Assembly (NCBI GenBank): GCA_965112155.1
Contig: OZ218101.1
Length of the DNA: 64,000 nucleotides
Direction: 5' to 3' (one strand)
From: Podarcis liolepis
Taxonomy: Eukaryota
The translations under genes were made by a program, and so were the position numbers. This document shows positions 11,703 to 24,264 of the stretch, one piece after another. The notes under the pieces are model-generated. The model searched no databases, was not told the origin of the DNA, and saw nothing but the letters and a program-made list of their open reading frames with translations. Positions within the stretch are counted from its first letter, which is position 1; each line of letters opens with the position of its first letter.

Positions 11703-13658
11703 CCACAAATAGACCCTCCCAAATGCCCTTTCTCACATTGAAACACCACCATATAGCATTCCCTACACAAGAACTCCGACATTGCACACTGAACCCCTTA
11801 TTCTCTTGTCATTCAGTCTTAGTACACAGAATGCACAGAGTACACAGCGTCTCCTCTGTAACAAGCCAACATGAGGATAATGAAGTATACTAGAAGATGC
11901 TCCCCTCCCACTGTTTAATCCATCCTGCCAGCTACTGATGTAAACATTACACAGGAATGGGTCAACCTGCAGGAGGATTCCTCTATCAATACAGTAAGGC
12001 TCAAGTTCTTCATAAGGCACTACTAGACCTAGAACAATGTGGGGGCATCTATGCTGGTCCAGGTACTCCATCTACCTCATCTGGATATGGGCCTGATAGA
12101 CAAAGAAAAAATGTGGGTGAATGAAAGGTAAGTTGCAAACAAGCACAGTTTGTGGCATTGCACAAAAACATTGCTGATCACAGGGCATGCCTGTTAAGGC
12201 ATCAACTTCAGCATCCTATTTCTCAGCTTTGTGGAGTCAACATGAGAGAGCTTTAATTCTGGTCTTAAAACCGGCAGGTTTTTTATCACTGAATTTTGCA
12301 GTTGCGTTAATGAAACTAGTGGGATTTCCTTAAAAAGATAATGGTTATCTATGAAATTTCATTCCTTTAAGAACTGAGCTGTTTTTATTTCAGTTATCTC
12401 CAAAGTGGTAAAATGATGAAACCCAGCATGAAACCCAGCACAGCATTTAAGAGATATCCGCAGCAGAAACAGTATTGGACAATCTGATTGTTTGGCGCAC
12501 TGATTTATCCAATGCTTATGTCATGTGGGGAGAGAGATATAATCTGTTAGGAAGCAAAGGACATTATGCATAGCCAGCAGTAGCTGCAGATATCTAGTTC
12601 CTTGTTTTTATGATGCTTTCTAAGCGCAAAAAAGGATCTTCTCTAGCCCTAGTTAAGTCATTGTGCCGAGACTATACAGTTCATCTTAGGTCCACTGTCC
12701 ACCAAAGGAGGTTGGGGCTCAATCTTCCTTGCCTCCCCCAAACCCCTATCCATATGGGAACAGTAAACAAATTCATTTTCAAATTCTTGTTCACCCCAAT
12801 ATCTAGCAACTCTTAAGAAATACTTAAGAAATACTGTAGAACACTCACCCAAAATCTGAACATAGAAATGTTCCCAGTGAGTCACTAGCACATTTCACAA
12901 TAATTCATTCTCTGCTTCCAAAAAGGATCCCATTAATTTATCCCTAGACTTTGGAAGTAACATTTCATTATTAGTTGTACCCTTCCTTTCTCAACCTACT
13001 TATTTTCCTTCTTGCATTTCATTGTTCAATTTATTTTTTTATTGTGGTTCATCTCCTTACTGTCTCTTAAACTTCCATAGCATTCTTAAGCAAAGGTTTC
13101 CTCTAAAATACTTTGCTGCCTCTCCTGAACACATACTCTCCTCAGTTGTGAGGAGCTATTATCTTACCCTAGTGTCTCTATTGATCTTGCAAGTTCCTTG
13201 AGGCTTTCAGAATCCAGGAGTTGTTGTTTCTTCCTTCTCTCCTAAACTCTTGTAAGACAATAGATAAGAGCCATCATCCATCAGTGGAAAGTAGCTGGAA
13301 TCTGTTGCGATATCTGTCTTGAACTTTTAACACTGTGATCAGACCTTGAAATCCTAACAAGGATGAAATGGGAGACATCAGCAAGATGAAAAGTGTGAAG
13401 TGGAAATGACAACGTTCTGTGAAGAATATCTGTGAAGTGTAGAAGTTTCTGTGTGTGTATGAAATAAAATTATTTGGATGTTGTCTTCGATTGTGCTAGT
13501 ACAATTGCTTCTCTCAGAGGATGAGAAACAAGCACTTCACCTTTCCAGGATGCCAGCCAAAGACATACACCAACAGTATATAACCCTGCCATTCCTTTTT
13601 TATAATTTTATTTTATTTTATTACAATAAATATGTACAATTTTCCCCATAGGTAAAAC

Positions 13659-13784
13659 AAGTGCTATTTTTCTTGAAAAAGAAGTGCTGGAATTCACCGT
13701 GAATGCCTCCCTTGTTCTCTTATAATGGCAATGGCACCCACCTGAGAGGTGATGGAACAGAGTTCCAGCTGAAAAAAAGCCCTG
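13659..13784. mobile_element. Short hAT MITE (copy 1)
   Basis: Ends AAGTGCTATTTTTC / GAAAAAAAGCCCTG. 8-bp TSD GGTA(A/G)AAC at 13651-13658 and 13785-13792. Homologous to 47733-47868. Confidence 0.8.
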
Positions 13785-14270
13785 GGTAGAACAATTGCAA
13801 ACTACTACTTTCCAAGTTGCCCAACCCTGCAGGTAGTCTCTTCCCATGGAAATATGCATGTCCTATACTTATTAGATTGATGAATCACAGCCTGAGGGCC
13901 AAGTCACACATTGACACTCCATTATACTTTAGGACTTTTACCTAGTCTAGGTGATGTTTTGTGACCAGTTGAATAAATGAAGTTAATAAAAATCCATGCC
14001 AGCTTTCAGACATAGTCAAGTGTTGACTGCTACAGCAGAATCATTGGATGGCAAATATTTATGTGAAATATAAAACATTTAGATATGCACCCAGAAAACA
14101 TTCCCAACTGAGATTCACAAAGCACAAAAAATGGTGTAGATCTTTTGGGCCAAATTCATTTTCGGTATAAGATGCTACATGGAAATGCTCTATCAGCACA
14201 GCTAAAATACTATGGAGCCTCATTGAGTTTTAAAGAATATTCAAAAGTAGCTTGATAATATATCTAAGAT

Positions 14271-14420
14271 CTCCCACCAAATGTCAAAGAGAAAAACAAC
14301 TACCAGACTTTTAGAAGACATCTGAAGGCAGCCCTGTTTAGGTAAGCCTTTAATGTTTAACAGACTATTGCATTTTAATATTTTGTTGGAAGCCGCCCAG
14401 AGTGGCTGTGGTATAAATAA

Positions 14421-14464
<44 letters not shown>
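14271..14464 (+). mobile_element. L2 3' end with (TTA)n tail
   Basis: ACTTTTAGAAGACATCTGAAGGCAGCCCTGTTTAGG...GCCGCCCAGAGTGGCT followed by (TTA)n. Same family as 20824-20995, 31805-31982 and 50673-51056. Confidence 0.88.
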
Positions 14465-14465
<1 letters not shown>

Positions 14466-15814
14466 TAGACAAGTTTTTGCTGGGTTTCAAGCAAGGACAT
14501 TTCGCCCAGACCCCTCAGCTGCCATTTAGTTCTATACACCTAATTTGTAACTTTCTCCCAATGAAGTTTCACTTTGGAACAAAGTTCAAAATGTATAACA
14601 AATTCCGCCTTTGTGTCCACTTTGAGCATCCATCCCATTCTTCCTGCATCTGAACTTTCTATCATCATCAGCTTGACAACTAGGGCAAAATGCATCACCT
14701 CCCAATAGGACAGGATATATGGAACTAATATCATCAAGTTGAATGCTGCCTGGGGATCTATTAATGGGTTTGTCATTGAAATCTCACTCATAAAAATGCT
14801 AATACATTTTATTTGCATAAATTTTTCTGCATCAAATAGAAAGACCCTTACGCTTATATTTAATAAAAAAGTTATTGCCTGCTCATAAATGCATGCTGCT
14901 ATTAAAATGAAGGTTGAAGTGTTGCAGATATCTGTATTCTGTGCAATAACCACAGTAAATACTGTAGGCATCAAGCTTAATCTTTAAGTAATTAATTATG
15001 GCTCAGTTGGCATCACAGGTTTTGGATCAGAAATCAGTGGTTTCAAGTGTAACATCAGGAACTTGGGCCCACATAATCTGTTCTGATATTCTATTAAGAG
15101 TTTGCTAGGCTAATAAAGAATTGAGACACGGAAATGCAATTTTCAAATGTGGCACCCTGTTGGCTATTTTTCTTGTCTGTTTTTTAAAAAAGAAGACAAA
15201 GCAAAAAGATGAGCTTTAGTGGTCTAAGGTTGCATGACCAGCAAAAGCTCCTAAGTGAAATACAAACAGTGGGGAAAAAATAATTTAAATATTTTTAGTT
15301 TAGTTTAGCTTTAGTTTAAAACCTTTCCCCTCCTCACCAACATTCACCATTCTGCTAAGAAATGCATAAGTGGAATCCCATTGCTCACCCTAAAAGTGCT
15401 TGATCCTTTGTGTGACTTCCAAGTGAACACTGAGAAGAAGATCCCCAGATCCCCTTTACAAGAAATCAGTCATGGATATGTGCATTTGCAATCCTTTGCC
15501 CGCTACATTTTCTAAGCTACTTATATGGTTATGAATGTTCACTTCATTTAAAATATATGTTAACAGGGTTTCCAACCTGTTTTGCCATTTTGTTTTTACT
15601 GCAGCATATAGGCAGCATTGTGATGTAGCAGTTGCAAAGCATTCAGTGGCAAAGAGAGAAGAGCAAGGTCCATTGTGTGCTTCAAAACTGAAAGAAGGGA
15701 GCGTTGAAAGACCAACTCGCTGTGCCACTGAATATAAAACCCTCTATTGAATGTGTTACATTTCTTACAATGACTTCACTGAACCTAGTGACTTTTTAAA
15801 ATCACTATTTAGTG

Positions 15815-16166
15815 ACATCTGACTAGGTATATTTGAAGCAAATATTTCAACTATCTAAAGGTCTGTCAGACAGAAAATGGAGCAAGCTTGTTTTCTTCTG
15901 CTCCGGAGGGTAGGACTCAAACCAATGGATTCAGGTTACAAGAAAGAAGATTCCAACTAAACATTAGAAATAACTTTCTGACAGTAAGAGCTATTTGACA
16001 GTGGATGGACTACCTTGGAAGGTGATTGACCTTCCTTCACTGAAGGTTTTAAAACAGAGGTTGGATGGCCATCTGTAAGGGATTCTTTAGCTGTGATTCC
16101 TGCATTGCAGAGGGTTGTACTAGCTGACCCTAAAGGTCCCTTCCAGCTCTGCAATTCTGTATGATC
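15815..16166 (+). mobile_element. CR1 LINE 3' fragment
   Basis: ...AACCAATGGATTCAGGTTACAAGAAAGAAGATTCC...GAGGTTGGATGGCCATCTG...GGTCCCTTCCAGCTCTGCAATTCTGTATGAT, a typical CR1 3' end. Confidence 0.88.
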
Positions 16167-16662
16167 TGTAAAGCCACTGTGGGAATCAGGATGTCGGAGT
16201 AGATGGCCTTTGATCTAATCCACCAGGTTTCTGCTTATGTCCTCATGTTCTCTTTCTCACCTTGGATTGAATCCTCTTATATTGTTTTGCTCTTCTCATT
16301 CATTTTCTAAAATCCCATTTTAAACACTTTCATTTATTGAATGTAAAAGTCATAGATGGCTGACATTTACACTAAAGCGAAATTCTTTCCAAACTGCTGA
16401 CAATTCCTTGTGGATCTGATCTCAGTTATGATGTTTAATATTTGCTGGAATCTCTGCTGTTCTGGATGGGAAAGCCTGTGTGGTTACTTGCAATCAGCCA
16501 GGCAAGCTCAGCTCCACTGGTCTGAAAATGAGTATTTGTCATCCTTCTGCCTCTAGAGTCTATCAGTTCACACCTTTCTCCTTAAAGCTATTGTTAACTC
16601 TCATGGCCATTTATGTTTCCTTTCTCTTTTTTAAAATAAAAAGAAGGGAAGTTATTTTTATG

Positions 16663-16780
16663 TGTGATACCAACTAGGTTATGCTCAGAGTTGATCCACT
16701 GAAATCAATGGACTTCAGTCACTTAAGTGCATTGATTTCAATGGGTATACTCTAAGTGTGATTAGGATTGGCTATCACCC
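16663..16780. repeat. Old palindromic MITE-like repeat (related pieces near 4165-4230, 8815-8925, 19385-19510)
   Basis: Imperfect hairpin TGATACCAA...CTCAGAGT..CCACTGAAATCAATG / CATTGATTTCAATGG..ACTCTAAG...TTGGCTATCA. Confidence 0.65.
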
Positions 16781-17309
16781 TATGTCTGTGGCCAATGTGG
16801 TGCTCTCCAGTGTGGCCAATGGTCAGGGATCATGTGAGCTATAGCCGAACATTGGCTCCCTGTCCTATGTTATGAGACTGGCATGATCATGGCTTGAATT
16901 TACAAGTTCATAATTTACTTTAAGAACTGGGAGGAATCCCCTAGATGCCCCATTCAGTACCCAATAACCACAGTACACCTTTGCCCACCAGCACTATGGC
17001 CCATATATTGCAGCAAAATACTGAGCAAGGTTTTGGCCAGTATCTTCTCTGTATATGATGGGCTCATGGGAAAAAGCTGTCCCATTGCTGCAGAGGGAAA
17101 GGAAAAGCCTATATAAGGCTGCTTCCCCTGGAGCTCACAGTCCTTTTGCTTTGAGAGCTTCCTGCCTGCCCACTCTCGGGTTAGAAGCTTCATTGAGCAG
17201 TTTTGGATCACTGGTTGACAGGGCCAGGAAGGATCTTTTGCTCTCAACCTGATTGGCACTTGGTTGGGGTTTCCCCCATCTTTCCCTCAGTGAAATTATG
17301 GCTTTCTTT

Positions 17310-17728
17310 TGTTAGGCGGAAGAACATTGTTTGAGGGCGGAAATGGCATTGGTCAGGATCAACATAGTATAGGGGGCCCCCATGAGTGGCCTGAGGGGAG
17401 GATTGACCACAGCAAACCCAAGCAAGGGTTTGGTATCTGCCTGGTTGGAATCTGCACCCTGGACCCCAGTGAGACGTGCTTGCTTGGCTTGCGCCATGTC
17501 AAGGTTCAACACTGGCCAACTCCCGTCGTACAGGTCTGGAGATATCCAAACCCAGCAGATCCATTCCATCAACATAGGGCTTGTGGAATGATGAACTGAT
17601 CCTGCGACTCAATGCCATGCCAACCCTTGCCCCGCCTGCTGCTGTCAATAAAGATTTGGCCTGATTTTATCCCATCATCTTTGTCTGGTTATTTTGCTGC
17701 TCTCATGGGTCACATAATGTGCCTGACT
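17310..17728 (+). mobile_element. LTR-like / DIRS-Ngaro-like terminal repeat
   Basis: GC-rich block with AATAAA at about 17647 in the context CCATGCCAA...CAATAAAGATTTGGCC, shared loosely with 29637-29710. No TSD found. Confidence 0.4.
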
Positions 17729-18574
17729 GGGCAATAAAACCAAGCATTGTTTGCAATGGCTTAATTATTTATCATGCTTTCAACTTGTCTGCATATTGTA
17801 GCTGAGGGGCTGAGAATGGGGTCCATGTCACTCCTAAGGGCATCTAGTGAGTTCATGGTAGCTGAAATTTGAACCTGTGACTTTGTGACTCATGGTTGAC
17901 ACGCAAGATGGCACTACCCAAAAACGTCTATTTTGGAATGGGTGCATACAGTGTAAGCCCCAGCATGAACTTGTGGATACTTATGTCCTCTCAGTGCTTT
18001 TGTCACAGGAAGGATAGTTTGGGGATAGGTCTGGCCAAATTGAGTTTTTATCACCATCTGAGACCATGGCAGGATTAGGATAGTAGTAGTAGTAGTGCAC
18101 AACTATCCAAAGACTAGTGCTGTCTCCTATTCTCCCCAGCTAATAGCCTTGATGGGTCTGAAAGTCTGCGTTGTAATTTTTGAAAAGAGATTAAAATGCT
18201 TTCATACCTCATGTAGTGCTGTAAAAATTAATTAGACACTGTTTATACACTACTTGGAGGATGTAAAATGCAACATGAGTGTTAAGAGGTAATAATAGAG
18301 TTATTATTTTGTACAGAAAGAGCAAATTGGTTTTGAGATACTTACTCTTTGAATGACTGTGTAAAAGTAACATGGGTGATGGCTGCTATGTTCCCATAAG
18401 CCCCTCCTTCTGCCAGAAGAGCATTGTGAACTATGGGAAAACCTGATTGCTACGTCAGTTCTTTTTAAACACAAACTTAAAGAGCCACTGTAAACTATTT
18501 GCATCATTTCAGCATTCAGTTGTGAATCTCAGTCACAAATTCTGTTTGCTTCAACACATTGCAAAAAGACATGT

Positions 18575-19005
18575 CTAAATTTATCTGGCAAGGGGAAAAA
18601 ACCCAATAATAAAATATAAAATATTGATTGATGAGAAAGAGAGAGGAGGCTTTTACTTGCTGGATATGAGATTATATTATAAGGCATCTTGTCTATGCTT
18701 GCTGAAGGAATGGTTGACACTTAAAAATCTGTATATATTAGATCTCAAAGGTCATGATAATAATTGTGGTTGGCATGCCTATCTGTTGTATGAAAAAGTG
18801 AAAGTACACAAAGGATTTACAAACCATATAATCAGGAAAAACTTGTAGAGCTTGGGATAAATATAAAAACTTATTGAAGGTGAAAACACCACTCTGGCTT
18901 TCACTAATGGTAAAGAAAAAAATATATAATGGAAGCGGTAAAGGTAAAAATATATAACGGAAGGATGGGTAACCTATAGAAATTTATTTGAGAGGAGGGA
19001 GGATG
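18575..19005 (+). mobile_element. L1 ORF2 internal fragment (post-RT region)
   Basis: ORF 18624-18848 KERGGFYLLDMRLYYKAS...KEW matches the L1 'K.GG..LP....YY.A' motif. A-rich strand, no 3' end. Confidence 0.75.
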
Positions 19006-19187
19006 CTTTTGACTTCAGCTCCTCCTTTCTGGCATATATCAAAATGTGTCTTGTTTCGAATCTTGGTGCATGAGAGCTGGAACTCTGATGTAACTCCTGA
19101 AATATGTCCTTCTGTTTTGTTTTAAAGCCCCTCCCCTGCCCCCCTTTCATGTCCCATTTCAGCTATGCAAGGAACACGGCTATGCAA

Positions 19188-19216
19188 GGGAAGCCAGATG
19201 GGTGGGGTATAAATAA

Positions 19217-19263
<47 letters not shown>
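19188..19263 (+). mobile_element. L2 extreme 3' end with (TTA)n
   Basis: GGGAAGCCAGATGGGTGGGGTATAAATAAA followed by about 15 TTA units. Confidence 0.8.
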
Positions 19264-19264
<1 letters not shown>

Positions 19265-20558
19265 TCCCACCTGCCTGCCCTTTCACTGAGCAGCTCCATC
19301 ATTGGGGGTGGGGGGTGGAGTCCAGCAGAGCTGTTCTTGACTGGAGAAGACCTCCACCTCTTTCAAGATTCCAGCATAGCAGATCAGGGGTTTGGATTGC
19401 ACCCTGAATTAGCTGAACTTGCTTTCTGTGGAAATCAATGAGATAGGTAAGTCCCGACTTTCCTTATTTCAAAGAGGACAAAGTTCAATTAAATTAGTCT
19501 GGATCCGAGCTAATAATCAGAATCATCATAACTTGTGTGCTTGTTGTAAAAACTTCTTCCTCCTCTTCTTCTACTTCTTCTTTTGCACCATTGCTGGAGG
19601 GGATTAAAAAACCAAGAGACTAGATTGTGCAAGTTAGAAGTGGAGAATGAGAAGGGTCATTCAGAAAGGAGAGTGACCTTCTCAAAGCTAACACTTTACT
19701 TAGACAATTTTCTTGGCAAGTAATGAAGCTTAACTTGCTCTATATCTCCTCAGTGGCCTGTAAGACTTATTGATCCTTGCATAGCTGCCCACTTGAACCA
19801 AGCCTGAGGCTCAACACCAGCTGTCTGTCTCAGCTACAAAAGGCGATAACATAAAATATATTCTGATTTTAATTTATTTTTTGCTTGCTGGTAGACTTTG
19901 TCTGAATTGTACTATTCTGAATTTTAGCTTAAATACTAAATGGTTGCAACAACAACAAATCCAAATACTCACATCATTCATTATTACTATTTATTATACA
20001 TATATACTTGCCTTCATCATAAAATATCAGCGTGGTTCACAAGATAAAATAACATACAAGGTGAAAGCACAAATAAATGGTTAAAAGAAAAAAAACACCC
20101 TCCTCTCTCACATACATTTTAAAGATTGTAGAGTATTAATCACTTTTTTATATATGTCTAGATCCAGCCCAAATTTGCTCCTCATTGTACAATTATGCAT
20201 TAATCACACAGTCACACTTCAAACAATTTTTTTAAAAAAATATTTTAAAGATTTCCATGTAAACGAATCAATTTGTAGCAGCATCACACTATTGCAGACA
20301 TTTCCTTTGAAGTGTTCCCAATCCTGCATTTGGCTGATAAGGAATTGTTACCTATAGTCTGTGTTAACAGTAAACAACAACAACAGCACCTAGTACTACG
20401 TGTGCATATACAGTTGTACATGCACAGACATTGATATGTGTTAGAATATGACAGAAAAAACTGCTTTCTGAATGCAGAAGAAATCCAGTGCTGTTTGCAT
20501 GCGAATAAGAAATGCTTTAATTCGCACTTCTGAAACCAATATGTGAACTGGAAATGAA

Positions 20559-20603
<45 letters not shown>
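20559..20603. repeat. (TTA)n microsatellite
   Basis: Direct read of the sequence. Confidence 0.95.
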
Positions 20604-20605
<2 letters not shown>

Positions 20606-20666
20606 CCAGTCTAGTTGCCGTATTCTGGATTAGTTGTAGTTTCCGAGTCACCTTCAAACCCAGGCA

Positions 20667-20823
20667 NNNNNNNNNNNNNNNNNNNNNNNNNNNNNNNNNN
20701 NNNNNNNNNNNNNNNNNNNNNNNNNNNNNNNNNNNNNNNNNNNNNNNNNNNNNNNNNNNNNNNNNNNNNNNNNNNNNNNNNNNNNNNNNNNNNNNNNNNN
20801 NNNNNNNNNNNNNNNNNNNNNNN
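20667..20823. other. Assembly gap (157 N)
   Basis: Run of N flanked by L2 sequence. Confidence 1.
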
Positions 20824-21790
20824 TGGCTGGGCTTCCCCAGCCACTCTGGGCGGCTTCCAAAAGAATATTAAAATACTATAATACATCAAACATTAAAAGC
20901 TTACCGAAACAGGGCTGCCTTCAGATGTCTTCTAAAAGCCTGGTAGTTGTTGTTCTCTTTGACATCTGGTGGGAGGGTGTTCCACAGGGAAGGCGCATTG
21001 CAGTAGTCCAAGAGGGAGATAACCAGAGCATGCACCACTGTCATGGACATGACTTCCCACAGTCAAGATGAGCAGTCTGAGTGAGGGGGGCGGGTAGCCA
21101 CTTAGAAGAGGAAGAAAGAAACTTGCCTCTTTCTCAGACACCCGAAGGCAGTGGGCTAAAAAAAAACCCTTCTTTATCAGTACAGTGAGAGTGGGCTGGA
21201 CGGAGGCCAATTCTCTGAGCAGCAGCCATTAGTCACCTCACAGGGGAGGAAGAGGTGGGAGTTGACCCCAAGAGTCCAAGGGTTCGCAGAAAAACAAAGG
21301 ACAAAGAAAGGTGTAAATCAAAGAAGAAGAGGGGAGAGCTTTCGTGTTTCCTGTTGGAGGCGCAATTTGAGCTCAGATGCCTCAACTTCATCTTGATGGA
21401 GGATCGCTAGTGTGAGAGGCTCTGAGGTTAATGACTGTATACAATAAATTTTGCAAATACAACTACTGCGTTCTGATTATCTAAACCGGCAGCCTGCCAG
21501 ATCCTGACAACCACTCTGGTGAGACAGTCTGCAGGCAGGTAGGGTCTCATCCTGCGTACCAGATGGAGCTGGAGAACATCTACCCTGGACACAGAATTGA
21601 CCTGCACCTCCATTGAAAGCTGTGAGTCCAAAATGACTCCCAGGCTGAACACCTGGTCCTTCAGGGGCACGGTTACCCCATTCAGGACCAGGGAGTCCTC
21701 CACACCCACCCACTGCCTTATCCACAAGAATGGTACTTCTCTCTTCTCAGGATTCAACCCAAATCTGTTAGCCGCCATCCATCCTCCAAC
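20824..21790 (-). mobile_element. L2 3' fragment with internal deletion, interrupted by a solo LTR
   Basis: 3' UTR at 20824-20995 is joined directly to the 'LDYCNA'-coding region. ORF 21428-21778 has LNPEK...DQVFSLGVILDSQLSMEVQV...LHLVRRMRPYL. LTR inserted at 21039-21509. Confidence 0.88.
21039..21509 (+). mobile_element. Solo LTR (Gypsy/ERV-type), 471 bp
   Basis: TGTCATGGA...TCCTGACA termini. 5-bp TSD ACCAC at 21034-21038 and 21510-21514. AATAAA near 21443. Removing it restores continuous L2 sequence. Confidence 0.9.
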
Positions 21791-22565
21791 TGTGTACTGT
21801 AATGAAAACTGTATACAAAAATGTGATTATTAGGATAATTTCACACTAAAACGCTCACCTTAAAAAAAAATGTATATCTGAAATTGCTGCAAAAATGTGA
21901 GGAAGAAAATTATGGATTATTATTTTTTAAAAGATACTGAGGCAACTGAAACGACATATTCACCCATCCCTATTCCCGGCACCTAATGGCTTATATAATT
22001 ATATGCCTAGTGGTAATGAACATATGATGCCATCTTACAAAGTTATATGACTGGTCCATCTAGGTGAGAATTGCATCTGTAGGGTTTCAGGCAGTCATGC
22101 TTGCCAATTGTACCTGGAGATCCTGGGGACTGGATGTGGGACCTTCTGCATATAGAGGATATGCTGTATCACAGACCTATGGCATGTCCCCAGATCTTTG
22201 TTGGTGTAATTTGGAAAAATGGGGGAATTGTACTAAGTGGTTGGTTCGTGTCTTGAGCAGCCCATTCCCCCATGTCTGGATTCTGTGTAGATTTAGCACA
22301 CCAGCTGCACTGGGTGACTTAGAAACAGTTCAAGGCCAAATGCCTGTAGCATGACTTCTCCATGCTCCCTTTCTGTAAGGAATGTGTGCATGTGCAGACA
22401 CAGGTATAAAGCCAAGGCTGCATTCAGCAGCATTGGTGGGAGTGTGAGGTATTCACTGAGAAGAGGCTTTTGCTCAGTGCAAGGGATCAGTGGAGAAGCC
22501 GAACGTTTTATGCTGTACAGCATGGTGAGCTAGCATGGTAAAGTGCTAATAGATCTCTCTGTAAA

Positions 22566-22938
22566 AAGATAAAGGTAAAGGACCCCTGGACATTTAAGTC
22601 CAGTCAAAGGCGACTATGGGGTTGCGGTGCTCATCTTGCTTTCAGACCAAGGGAGCCAGTGTTTGTTCACAGACAGCTTTCCAGGTCATGTGGCAAGCAT
22701 GATTAAACCACTTCTGGCACAGTGGAACACCATGATGGAAACCAGAGCGCATGGAAACACCATTTATCTTTCTGCCACAGTGGTACCTATTTATCTACTT
22801 GCACTGGTGTGCTTTTGAACCGCTAGGTTGGCATGAGCTGGGACAGAGCAATGGGTTCTCACCCCATCATGGCTCACCCCATCCGATTGGCAAGTCCAAG
22901 AGGCTCAGTGGTTTTGACCACAGCGCTACCTGCATCCC
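22566..22938 (-). mobile_element. Sauria SINE, near full length
   Basis: AAAGGTAAAGGACCCCTGG tail through GACCACAGCGCTACCTGCATCCC head. 13-bp TSD ATCT(C/T)TCTGTAAA at 22553-22565 and 22939-22951. Confidence 0.92.
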
Positions 22939-23272
22939 ATCTTTCTGTAAATCTTTACAAGGTTTACTTCCAAGACCAGAAGAACAGTGTTATAGCAGAT
23001 GCGTTAATGGTACACTAACGTATCTTAAAGTTAGGGTGCTTATGCCTCTCTTGTGCCATGAGATACTGAACTGTATGGGAAAGGAGTTTTCTGGGAGGGA
23101 AACTAACTGCTGTAAAGCAGGAATCTCTGATGTTCTGCTGGGAGACTCTGCTGGAACTGTGCATATTCTGCTGATAGCATTGATTGGAATGTGGTGTAGT
23201 ATCAACAACAAGAGATGATGGGCCCAAGACTAATCAGTGTATACTTCTGAAATACTAATCAGTGTATACTTC

Positions 23273-23607
23273 TGAAATACACTCGGAGTCAAGTGTGGAT
23301 TTTGTGCTCTTTATTCAGCTCATAGTCGTGAGAAATGGAAGTTCCCCCGAAATGTCTGCTTTATATACCTTATTTACACAATGGGCCCCATGTGATTGGC
23401 TAATTCTGGGATTCTCCTGTAGGCCAATTAGGTTGCGGATTCATTTCCACCTGGAGTTGGATTGGGTGGCTCCTGTGGACCAATCAGACTGCTGCATTCT
23501 GGATCCTATTGTTCTAGGACCAATCAGACTGCTGCATTCTGAATCCTATTGTTCTAGGACCAATCAGACTGCTGCAGTTTGGATCCTATTCAACACAGTA
23601 CATAACA
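23273..23607 (-). mobile_element. Solo LTR family A, copy 1
   Basis: Minus strand reads TGTTATGTACTG...TATTTCA. 5-bp TSD ACTTC (23268-23272, 23608-23612). TATATAAA and AATAAA on the minus strand. Tandem ~40-bp GACCAATCAGACTGCTGCA units. Confidence 0.9.
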
Positions 23608-24264
23608 ACTTCCAAGTTGTTTTTTGGAGTAAGGGTTCTGCCAGTGTATCACTCTGGGAGGGTTCCCTCCAAAGAAAGCTGTTAAGAAAATTCACCTTCG
23701 AAGGAACCAAGCATGGAAAAGATGGCTATTAGTCTCTTACTTTATTTTCACTACTTGAAAGCATTTTACAATAGTACATCTACCTGTGTGGCTATTTTCT
23801 GAAGGTTTTGGTGAAGCAGTGAGCTGAACATCTTCCTTAAGTTTGAGGAAGAGCTTTCCATATTGTTTGGGACATTTGTACTATTATTTTTTAAAATGTT
23901 CATCAGCTTTCACCCTTTGTTAGAAATGAACATGAACATTATGCTTCAGTGTGCTGCATTAAAAACATGTCCATTATGTTCTAAGGGACATCTGGCAATT
24001 TTGTTCTTAGCATACTTCAGTATACATAGCTGGCTATATCCAGGAACACACTGTGCTTAATTCGAAGTCCCATTGAAGCTCGTGCTTAACTGCATGGCTT
24101 AACAGCCAAAGGTTCCGCAGGGCTCTTTTGCAGAATCAGGATATTAGAAGCTGAAGAATGAAATTAAGTGGGGCATCCAAAATGTTGAATCTTTTAAACT
24201 TGAATTCTCATTTAAAGCAAGAAAAAAAGAAATGCAGTAAGATTTCAATGAATTAAATTTCTAA

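Noticed and set aside
12800-13260. Pyrimidine-rich tract possibly from an old L1
   Set aside because: Too degenerate to translate or delimit.
14540-14974. 144-aa hydrophobic minus-strand ORF
   Set aside because: Composition is explained by AT-rich DNA; no family motif or splice structure.
23262-23732. Similar ORFs at 23262 and 52418 suggesting paralogous genes, or CRISPR-like repeats
   Set aside because: Both are antisense readings of the same solo-LTR family. The ~40-bp repeats are contiguous tandem units without unique spacers, and the DNA is eukaryotic.
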